This document shows, in pieces, positions 30,793 to 38,206 of a stretch of 59,011 bases of DNA. Made by a program: the position numbers and the translations under genes. Position 1 is the first letter of the stretch, and each line of letters opens with the position of its first letter. Below the pieces are notes generated by a model. It was given only the letters and a program-made list of their open reading frames with translations, was not told the origin of the DNA and ran no database searches. The stretch covers positions 1-59,011 of the forward strand of contig CAYSLK010000138.1 of NCBI GenBank assembly GCA_964431885.1, given 5' to 3'. Source of the DNA: an uncultured Dehalococcoidia bacterium. GTDB lineage: Bacteria; Chloroflexota; Dehalococcoidia; Lucifugimonadales; CAUZEB01.

Positions 30793-31938
30793 TTAGCTGC
30801 GTAAAGCGCGAGCGAGTTTCCGGAGACCAGAAAAACTTGTACAAGAGATAAAATGGTCAATAAAAGGTTTTGCTTCAAGCAAACACCTGGTGAGAGGTTC
30901 ATAGTCTTTCGTTTCCATCAGTGGATTCAGCCATATAATCCGTTGTACTCGTTTCTTCATGCTTTTTAATGCCCCTGATACTGTACTAGGTTCACCCGTA
31001 TCCCAACCGTCACTGACTATGATTACATTTGTATAGCGTGTCTGTAGAAAACGATAATCAGAATTCATTTTACCAATCGTGTATCCAATACGAGTTCCGC
31101 CGGACAGTTGAGGGGTTAGTGACAAAATACCATCCATAGCATCTTCAAATGAGGTAGATGTAAGTGTGGAAGTTACTCGACTAACTTTTGTGCTAAATAC
31201 AAAAGTTTCTATTCTACTTGTGCATTTGGAAATGGCATATACCAGTTGCAATAATGAGTTAGTACTCTTGTCCATAGAACCGCTTACATCGAGGAGAACC
31301 AACAATCGTGGAGTCCTTTTACCCTTGTAGCGACGTGGTAGACTTACGAAATCGCCGCCGGTATTCGGCGTTTGTCTCAAGACTCTACGCATATCTACGA
31401 CACCTTTACTATTATGTCTCTTAAGTCTCCTTGCAGGCCTTGAAATCAAGGATTTAACTATGTTAGCTGCTATAACATTAAATTCCGGGTTTTCTTGCCT
31501 CTGAATCTGTAATTTATTTTTTGCTGTGACTAATTCGTTGATGCTAGCACTTGTACGAAATGGCTCGATACTTTCTCTCTTCGGCTCTACGTCACTTATA
31601 GTCTGTATAATTCTACGAGAAGCAATCTCGGGTACACGTGACTTAAGCTCTTCCGTCAACATAGAATGAGGATTAGCCTCTCTATCATGAGGTTTAAATT
31701 CCCAGAACTCATTAAAAAGACGATCAAATAGAAGACGATCTTCCTGTTTAGACAAAAATATCGTCAAAAGTACCAGATATGCTTTTCCTTTGTCGAAAAA
31801 ATTTATGGATCTAAGACCAACTACAGAATCACTGACTTTCGCAGGCTCTACCGGCAAACCGTTATCCCTTAATCGCCTGGCAAAAAGTGTTAAGAAAGAG
31901 ATCAAATCATATTCGGATTTTTCGATAATTTCTTTCAA
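30793..31938 (-). CDS. VWA-domain CoxE-like protein
   Basis: N-terminal CoxE-type helix region (FARRLRDNGLPV..., FDRLFNEFW) and a VWA MIDAS motif (LLDVSGSM). TTG start overlaps the upstream stop. Confidence 0.8.
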   Translation of the reverse strand: MKEIIEKSEYDLISFLTLFARRLRDNGLPVEPAKVSDSVVGLRSINFFDKGKAYLVLLTIFLSKQEDRLLFDRLFNEFWEFKPHDREANPHSMLTEELKSRVPEIASRRIIQTISDVEPKRESIEPFRTSASINELVTAKNKLQIQRQENPEFNVIAANIVKSLISRPARRLKRHNSKGVVDMRRVLRQTPNTGGDFVSLPRRYKGKRTPRLLVLLDVSGSMDKSTNSLLQLVYAISKCTSRIETFVFSTKVSRVTSTLTSTSFEDAMDGILSLTPQLSGGTRIGYTIGKMNSDYRFLQTRYTNVIIVSDGWDTGEPSTVSGALKSMKKRVQRIIWLNPLMETKDYEPLTRCLLEAKPFIDHFISCTSFSGLRKLARALRS

Positions 31939-32795
31939 ATTAACGATCCTGTCTCACATCCTTTTGTGTTCACTGCCCACTGCCCGGCTTGAACAGCAGC
32001 TAAAAATTCTTGAATAGTTCTATTAAATAAATCCGGCTCCTCTAAATTGATAGCATGTCCCGACTGGGGGAAAACTACCAACCCAGAAGATGGAATATAT
32101 TTTTTCATAAATATACCTGGTTCAATACAGGGTTCATCTTCGTCTCCAAACATAATTAAGGTTGGAGCACTTAACGAACGTAGTTCTGATTCCAAAGAAA
32201 AAATAGGCAGTCGTTTACCTTGAACGCCTCTAAAGGTCATAGCTGACCCTAGGCTAGAGTGCTGAAAAAATTGAGTGTGAAACTCCCGCCAGCTATCCGG
32301 GTCTTTGCGTAGCAATTGAACTCGGGTGGGACCATTAACGTAATCACTCATACCTTGCATCCCTTCAGAATCCATGGATTGCGCAAATCTTTCTAAGTTT
32401 TTTTTGAATAACCTAGGTTTAGTGGACCCGGTACCTGTGCCAGCAATTATCAATGATTCTGTCATATTTGGATACTTGATGCCAAAATTCAGAGCAACAT
32501 TTCCTCCCATCGATAACCCGACAATATGCGCCCTGTTTATATTCAGGTAATTTAAAAGTCCGAACAGATCTTCAACTGCCTGTTCTTGACTATACATACC
32601 TATATCATTCGGGACGTCAGAAGGGGGATATCCCCGGGCATTATATGTTATGACCTTGTATCTTTTACGAAAGAACCTGACTTGAGACTCCCATGACCTA
32701 AAGTCACCTGCAAACTCATGACAGAAAACTAGAGGAAATCCCTCCCCACTTATCTCGTAATAAAAGTTTACTTTATTTACCATGGCTTTAGACAT
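31935..32795 (-). CDS. alpha/beta hydrolase
   Basis: GLSMGG nucleophile elbow and a C-terminal HAINLEEP His motif. The start is set at ATG 32795, which lies 6 nt after GGAGG, rather than at the upstream TTG 32849. Confidence 0.85.
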   Translation of the reverse strand: MSKAMVNKVNFYYEISGEGFPLVFCHEFAGDFRSWESQVRFFRKRYKVITYNARGYPPSDVPNDIGMYSQEQAVEDLFGLLNYLNINRAHIVGLSMGGNVALNFGIKYPNMTESLIIAGTGTGSTKPRLFKKNLERFAQSMDSEGMQGMSDYVNGPTRVQLLRKDPDSWREFHTQFFQHSSLGSAMTFRGVQGKRLPIFSLESELRSLSAPTLIMFGDEDEPCIEPGIFMKKYIPSSGLVVFPQSGHAINLEEPDLFNRTIQEFLAAVQAGQWAVNTKGCETGSLI

Positions 32796-33142
32796 ATCTA
32801 CCTCCCGGTTACTACACCAAGCGAATAACATCGTGTTTAATAATGCCAAAGAGTTTATCGTTCATAATTCCCTATAAGTCACTCTACGGTGTAGAGTGTA
32901 TAACAATTATATCTCTTCCCAAACTTTACTGATATGATGTATGTTAAGAATACAAAAGGATCCCATATAGCTAAGTCTTGTGATTATCACGACAGTCTAT
33001 ATCTACTAACCTAACGACACTAGAAATCATCTGGATATACTATAATTTATCAGTGGCATACCCATTTGAACAGTCAATTTAAAAGTCATGCTGCAATCGG
33101 AGATCCGATCCCAGTATTTCCTATTCAACAGACGGTTTCCTT

Positions 33143-33172
33143 ATTGCAAATTGCAATCCGCGAATTACGGAT
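33143..33172 (+). promoter_or_regulatory. two overlapping inverted repeats upstream of the methyltransferase cluster (candidate operator)
   Basis: ATTGCAA-A-TTGCAAT is a perfect 7-1-7 palindrome at 33143-33157. ATCCG-CGAATTA-CGGAT is at 33156-33172, ending 27 nt before ATG 33199. Confidence 0.25.
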
Positions 33173-33198
33173 CCTATTACCACTAACAGAGGTTTTAA

Positions 33199-34086
33199 AT
33201 GACAAACACTTTGACAATCATAGAAAGACTAGAAAGAGGGGATATTTTAATATCCGATGGAGCCACTGGCACTTATCTTCAAGCCCACGGGCTTGAACCT
33301 GGCGGTTGCCCGGAAGAATTTAATATTAGTCATCCTGAAATTATAAGACGCATGGCTCGCGAATACTTTGACGCAGGATCAGACTTGGTTCTAACAAATT
33401 CATTCGGTGGCAACAGATTTATGCAAGAGAAATACGGCTTAGGCGACAAGGTAAAAGAAATCAATCGTTTAGCAGCTGAACATGCAAAGAGCCAAACTCC
33501 ATCCGGTTGTTATGTAGTGGGTTCAATCGGCCCCACAGGCGAATTTCTGGAGCCACTTGGGCCGGTAACAGAAGAACAGATGCTAAACGCTTTCACAGAA
33601 CAAGCATGCGCCCTAGAAGAAGGAGGTGCTGATGCTGTAGTTATAGAGACACTTACTTCTATCGAAGAATGCGTTCTGGCAATAAAAGCTGCGAAGGAAA
33701 ATACAAAGCTGACAGTTATGGCTACCCTAACCTATGACAAAGGGCCAAGGGGTTTCTTCACTATGATGGGGGTAACACCTCAAATAGGAGTTACTGCTTT
33801 GAAAGAAGCAGGAGCTGATGTAATAGGTGCCAACTGTGGTAATGGGATAGACGTAATGGTCGAATTGGCCGCTGAGTTACGAGCTGTTACAAACGACTAC
33901 CTACTAATCCACTCAAACGCAGGAATACCATCTCTGCAAAACGGTGAAATAATATATCCCGAATCACCTAACTACATGGTCGATGGATTTCTACAATTAG
34001 TGGATCTTGGAGTAAATATACTAGGCGGCTGTTGCGGTTCGAATCCTGAACATATCAGAGCCTTAGCCAAGGCTATAAAAAATTGA
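33199..34086 (+). CDS. homocysteine S-methyltransferase-domain protein (MetH N-terminal / BHMT / MmuM type)
   Basis: ILISDGATGT, LVLTNSFG, and the Zn-ligand cysteines in GANCG and LGGCCGSNPEHI. Confidence 0.85.
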   Translation: MTNTLTIIERLERGDILISDGATGTYLQAHGLEPGGCPEEFNISHPEIIRRMAREYFDAGSDLVLTNSFGGNRFMQEKYGLGDKVKEINRLAAEHAKSQTPSGCYVVGSIGPTGEFLEPLGPVTEEQMLNAFTEQACALEEGGADAVVIETLTSIEECVLAIKAAKENTKLTVMATLTYDKGPRGFFTMMGVTPQIGVTALKEAGADVIGANCGNGIDVMVELAAELRAVTNDYLLIHSNAGIPSLQNGEIIYPESPNYMVDGFLQLVDLGVNILGGCCGSNPEHIRALAKAIKN

Positions 34087-34141
34087 ATCATTTTACTATC
34101 ATAAGATGAAATCTCTCGAATAGTAGGGGAAAGGAATTCTA

Positions 34142-34819
34142 ATGACTCTTGGTAAAAACGAAATATCGTATCAAGTCTACGACGTCCTGAACCGATATGG
34201 AACATGTGTTGAACTGATACCAGTAGACAAATATTTTCACGATATTACTATCGGTCTTTATCTAAAAAATAAGGTTTGCACTGTATGGACATTCAGTAAA
34301 CGACAAGGTGTTCATGAGAGAATTCTTCAAATCAGAAATCAGCTAGTCTCCCTTGGAGGAATGGTCCCAGTTGACGGAACCCACAATCAAGCTGAGTTCT
34401 CCTGCGGATATTTACACTTCAGACCTGCTAAATTTCTACTCAACCAAGCTGTAAATAAGAGCCCAGAATATTCTGCAAGTAATAATCCAATGACCATTAG
34501 AGATACGAAGAGTACATTGACTATCCAAGCAGTCGCTGTACAAAGAGATGATCAATGGGTCTACCAGATAGCTGGAAAGGGTGAAGCGCCCAACAAAGCC
34601 ATACGTATTCGGATGATAGTCGCAGGTTTCATTCGATATGGTGAAATGAATAAGGTTAATGACACGGAAGTATCCTTTTCCTGTGGCCAGCGTCACGATG
34701 ACATAACCAGGCTGTTACTGCCTTTTTCACGGAACATTTCTAGCGTGGAAAGCATGATCGCCGCAGAAGCTCTACGAGGTCAAATGACTACTGGCACTTT
34801 AGGTTTCACCCCGATCTAA
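34142..34819 (+). CDS. hypothetical protein with internal duplication (two FSCG..H repeats)
   Basis: 225 aa. MVPVDGTHNQAEFSCGYLHFRPAKFLL (residues ~74-100) and MNKVNDTEVSFSCGQRHDDITRLLL (~169-193) are clearly related repeats. I recognise no family. Confidence 0.6.
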   Translation: MTLGKNEISYQVYDVLNRYGTCVELIPVDKYFHDITIGLYLKNKVCTVWTFSKRQGVHERILQIRNQLVSLGGMVPVDGTHNQAEFSCGYLHFRPAKFLLNQAVNKSPEYSASNNPMTIRDTKSTLTIQAVAVQRDDQWVYQIAGKGEAPNKAIRIRMIVAGFIRYGEMNKVNDTEVSFSCGQRHDDITRLLLPFSRNISSVESMIAAEALRGQMTTGTLGFTPI

Positions 34820-34904
34820 CCCAACTGTAAACAACTTATTTGCTTTTATAGCCAGACTTCAACTTAACAGACCATGTTTTTACAAACATTGAGGAGGCCA
34901 TTAC

Positions 34905-35942
34905 ATGCCCACCAGTGCAACAATGACACCAAGAGAGCGAGTTTTAAACGCCCTGTCCGGCTCTCCTGTCGATCGTACTCCCGTAGCCAATCCAACAAGT
35001 GTGGCGACCGTAGAACTCATGGATATGGTGGATGCTCCATTTCCTGGCGCATGCCGTGATCCCGAAATGGCTGCTCGTCTAGCAGCTACGGGTCATACGA
35101 TACTGGGATTCGATTCCGTAATGCCGTATTTCACTATTATTCAGGAGTCTTCTGCGTTAAATTGTGAAATGCAGTGGGAAGGGAAAGATAATTGGCCAAC
35201 AGTGCGCATGTACAATCCGATTTGGAGAGGTCCTAACGACATCTCAATACCTCCCGATTTCCTTGATCATCCTGATAATCAGACAATCACCAAATCAATT
35301 GCGATGTTAAAGTCGGAATTTGGCAACGAAGTTGCAATAATAGGGAAAACTATGGGCCCATGGACACTAGCTTACCATGTATTTGGTGTGGAAAGTTTTC
35401 TTTTAAGTACTGTTGATGACCCTTCACTAGTTAAAAAAGGATTGAATAAATTGAAAGAGATTTCTATTCTCTTTGGGGAAGCACAAATTGACGCTGGGGC
35501 AGATATACTAACTTTTCCTGATCACGCAACAGGAGACTTAGTTAGTGGCGATTATTACAGAAGATTTCTTCAAGAACTGCACGTGGAAATGGCTGAACGA
35601 CTCTCAGTACCCCTAATTCTCCATATTTGCGGTAATACGCTCGACAGAATGAAATATATTGCTGAAACCGGCATGGCGGCTTTCCATTTCGATTCTAAGA
35701 ATGATCCTCAGTTAGCTATGGACGCAGTTGAAGGCAAAATAGCTATGGTTGGTAACATAAATAATCCTGAAACCCTGTACGCCAGAGGACCTGAGGAGGT
35801 TCGAGAGGAAGTATTCAGAGCTTTAGACGCTGGCGTAGATTTAATTGCTCCAGAATGTGCGATTCCTCTGGCAACGAAACTCGAAAATCTTCTTGAAATT
35901 CCTAGATCAGTAATAAAATGGCATGAAGAACGGGATGGATAG
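34905..35942 (+). CDS. uroporphyrinogen-decarboxylase-family methyltransferase (MtaA/MtbA/MtsA-like, Zn-dependent methylcobamide:thiol type)
   Basis: MTPRERVLNALSG.PVDR.P N-terminus, Zn motif LILHICGNT (H-x-C) and a distal Cys in APECAIP. RBS GGAGG 7 nt upstream. Confidence 0.85.
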   Translation: MPTSATMTPRERVLNALSGSPVDRTPVANPTSVATVELMDMVDAPFPGACRDPEMAARLAATGHTILGFDSVMPYFTIIQESSALNCEMQWEGKDNWPTVRMYNPIWRGPNDISIPPDFLDHPDNQTITKSIAMLKSEFGNEVAIIGKTMGPWTLAYHVFGVESFLLSTVDDPSLVKKGLNKLKEISILFGEAQIDAGADILTFPDHATGDLVSGDYYRRFLQELHVEMAERLSVPLILHICGNTLDRMKYIAETGMAAFHFDSKNDPQLAMDAVEGKIAMVGNINNPETLYARGPEEVREEVFRALDAGVDLIAPECAIPLATKLENLLEIPRSVIKWHEERDG

Positions 35943-36143
35943 TCCCTATCACACTATAGAGTCCGTACTTCCAAAGGTGATTATTTTTCAAATGCCTAAT
36001 CTATTGCTTCAAAATCACATCTTTCCAATACAAAGTGGCTAGATTTAAATTTAACTGATAAAATCTTTTATGATCATCAATGTCTATTTATAGATGACCA
36101 CAATCTATGGAGGTCTATACCTAAATGGTGGGGAAGAAAACAA

Positions 36144-36887
36144 ATGCCCATTACACATGATGGTTTGAAGAAGGAATTTGAATATATCGGTAAGCCCTTT
36201 GAGTTGAATCACATCCAAAGTCTATTCAACGACTCCGACCCATTAATGCACGAAATGGCTCACAACCTCATAATAGGCAATCAACACGAAGTAGATCGTC
36301 TAACAAAAAAAGCTCTTGACTCAGGGTTTTCCGCTAATACTATCCTAGACGATGGTCTCATATCTGGTATGGCTATTGTCGGGATTAAATTTAGAGACAA
36401 TTTTATTTTCGTCCCTGAGGTTTTAGTGGCGGCTCGTGCAATGAAAGCAGGGATGGCACACTTGGAACCTATATTGTCAGCCTCTGGTATAAAACCAATT
36501 GGCACTATCATAATGGGTACCGTAAAGGGCGATCTGCACGACATAGGTAAAAACCTTTGCATCATGATGCTAAGAGGAGCCGGATTCACTGTTCACGATC
36601 TCGGAGTTGACACCACATCAGACACATTCATTGAAGCGGTATCTGAACACAATGCTGATATTTTAGGAATGTCAGCATTGTTAACCACAACCATGCCTAA
36701 TATGGGCAAGACTATAGAAGCATTTGAAGAGTTGGGGCTACGTTATGAAGTTAAAATCATGGTCGGAGGTGCTCCATTGACACAAGAATTCGCCGATGAT
36801 ATGGGTGCCGATGGGTACGGACAGGACGCTATATCCTGCGTAGATCTCGCTAAAACATTTGTAGGCATCCAGACATTAAATCAATAG
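36144..36887 (+). CDS. corrinoid (cobalamin-binding) protein, MtaC/MtbC-like
   Basis: B12-binding motifs GDLHDIGKN (DxHxxG), MSALLTTT (SxL) and MVGGAP (GG), preceded by a helical cap domain. Confidence 0.9.
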   Translation: MPITHDGLKKEFEYIGKPFELNHIQSLFNDSDPLMHEMAHNLIIGNQHEVDRLTKKALDSGFSANTILDDGLISGMAIVGIKFRDNFIFVPEVLVAARAMKAGMAHLEPILSASGIKPIGTIIMGTVKGDLHDIGKNLCIMMLRGAGFTVHDLGVDTTSDTFIEAVSEHNADILGMSALLTTTMPNMGKTIEAFEELGLRYEVKIMVGGAPLTQEFADDMGADGYGQDAISCVDLAKTFVGIQTLNQ

Positions 36888-36923
36888 GTGATTTCAACTA
36901 CTCGTCAATCAGGATAGAATTAT

Positions 36924-37166
36924 ATGCGGCAAGAAGTTGATAAGGAAAGTTACAAAGCCAGTATAGAACGTCTTCATGATATCTTCAAAGACATGTCTAA
37001 AAGTGTTGACAAAGTGTCGCGTTGGCGCTGTCCATACAAGAATGCGAAAGATAGATGTACCGCTAATTTCGGCTGTCGAAACCAGGATCGAGACGTAACA
37101 CCAGGTACCTTATACATTTGCAATGATAATAACGAATTAGACTACCGTAGCGCTTGGGAAATCTAA
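36924..37166 (+). CDS. hypothetical small four-cysteine protein
   Basis: 80 aa with WRCPYKNAKDRCTANFGCRNQ...YICND (C-x7-C-x5-C-x14-C). Begins 36 nt after the corrinoid protein gene. Confidence 0.5.
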   Translation: MRQEVDKESYKASIERLHDIFKDMSKSVDKVSRWRCPYKNAKDRCTANFGCRNQDRDVTPGTLYICNDNNELDYRSAWEI

Positions 37167-37364
37167 AGCAAGAAGCACACAGTAATATTGATTTTGTAAT
37201 AATATGTATAATTGCTAAGCCCTTGTGATAATTACCTTAGCTTTGTTAACATATTACCGACGATTTGTCATAGACTAAAAGAATACATGATTGTCTGAAC
37301 CAAAATACTTACTCTAAAAGAGAGGTGTTTCGTTATACTTGACGCAAATTGTGAAACAATAGAG

Positions 37365-37697
37365 GTGATGAAGAAGGATCGCTCTCCGACACTGAAAGAA
37401 ATCGGTGATTTGATTTCCCATTCGCTAGATGCGGGAATTAAGTTGAAACGCTTACAAGGCTTTGACATAGACCTTTCAGCTAATAAGGATTTTCACAAAG
37501 TATTTTTTTCAGCCATATGCTCGTGTGGTACTGCAGCTGTACTTAGCGTAGAGGTTTCCAATAATAAAACCATGAATGAAATCAAACGCGCGCTCCCGTC
37601 ACTAGTAAATAAACTCACAGTTCAGAGTGAAATGTTCTATCGTATGTCCTGCGACATGCACAAGAAAATGCGGAGCGGTCTCACAGACAAACTCTAA
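37365..37697 (+). CDS. hypothetical protein
   Basis: 110 aa ORF (GTG 37365 or ATG 37368 after GAGG). Contains a CSC motif. No family recognised. Confidence 0.45.
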   Translation: MMKKDRSPTLKEIGDLISHSLDAGIKLKRLQGFDIDLSANKDFHKVFFSAICSCGTAAVLSVEVSNNKTMNEIKRALPSLVNKLTVQSEMFYRMSCDMHKKMRSGLTDKL

Positions 37698-37727
37698 ACA
37701 CCAAGATCTCTTGATAAAAGGATTAAC

Positions 37728-38165
37728 ATGGCAAGGCGTCCAAAAAAGCAATTTACAGAGGCAGAGGCATTACAACGAGCCAAAAAGTTTTCCGAAGGCT
37801 ATGTTAAAAAAGGTCCGTACGAATTTTTCCCCGAACAAGATGTTGTTCAGGTGGTGCAAGAAGGATTGGGAGAAAATGAAAGGAAATTCGGATATCGTTA
37901 TTGCCCTTGAATGCCCCTAAGCGGTGATCCCGTCGAGGATCGCAAGAAAATATGTCCTTGTGAGCGTCATCATGAAGACATAGAACGAGATGGATTCTGT
38001 ATATGAATGTTTTTTGTAAGCGAAGAGTTTCTTCGCAAGTATGAATCTGGGGAAGATTTCAGCCAAACTATAGACGAGGCTGTTCCGCTTGGCGAAGAGT
38101 TGTTTGGCGAGGGTGGAGGCAAACGAGAGTTCAACGATAAAAAACGTAAACAAGCTTCAGAATAG
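37728..38165 (+). CDS. ferredoxin:thioredoxin reductase catalytic-subunit-like protein, predicted selenoprotein with two Sec (TGA 37908-37910 and 38004-38006)
   Basis: Reading through the two in-frame TGAs gives a 145-residue protein, KKFSEGYVKKGPYEFF..VVQVVQEGLGENERKFGYRYCP-U-MPLSGDPVEDRKKICPCERHHEDIERDGFCI-U-MFFVSEE... It is collinear with the FTR catalytic chain (..KFSEQYA.R..TYF...VI.GLA.HK..LG.PLCPCRHY..NCPCVPMRERKECHCMLFL). The TGAs fall on the second Cys of the first motif and the second Cys of the third motif. RBS AAGGA lies upstream of ATG 37728, and a stem-loop follows each TGA. Confidence 0.8.
37924..37943 (+). promoter_or_regulatory. SECIS-like stem-loop for TGA 37908
   Basis: 7 bp stem GUGAUCC/GGAUCGC (one G-U pair) with loop CGUCGA. 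20 nt separate the UGA from the loop, and G is the second loop base. Confidence 0.55.
38020..38036 (+). promoter_or_regulatory. SECIS-like stem-loop for TGA 38004
   Basis: Perfect 7 bp stem GCGAAGA/UCUUCGC with loop GUU. 20 nt separate the UGA from the loop, and G is the first loop base. Confidence 0.6.
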
Positions 38166-38206
38166 CTTAACATTTATTATATAAGCAAATTGAAAGGAAC
38201 GAAGTC

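Noticed and set aside
33066-33296. 76 aa ORF spanning the intergenic region and the start of the homocysteine methyltransferase gene
   Set aside because: It is out of frame with, and overlaps, a well-supported gene, and it covers the palindromic operator-like region.
34036-34046. GGTTCGAATCC T-loop-like motif
   Set aside because: It lies inside the conserved GGCCGSNPEH Zn-binding motif of the homocysteine methyltransferase CDS, with no flanking tRNA structure.
37287-37367. Upstream extension of ORF 37365 through an in-frame TGA (37296-37298) from ATG 37287
   Set aside because: Sec would be residue 4 of a non-conserved leader in an AT-rich promoter-like region, and no hairpin lies at the SECIS distance.
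37627-38173. Track ORFs 37627..37920 (+), 37917..38153 (-) and 37970..38173 (-) overlapping the FTR-like locus
   Set aside because: They have no recognisable similarity and overlap a frame with strong family-level similarity once the TGAs are read through. I treat them as shadow ORFs.
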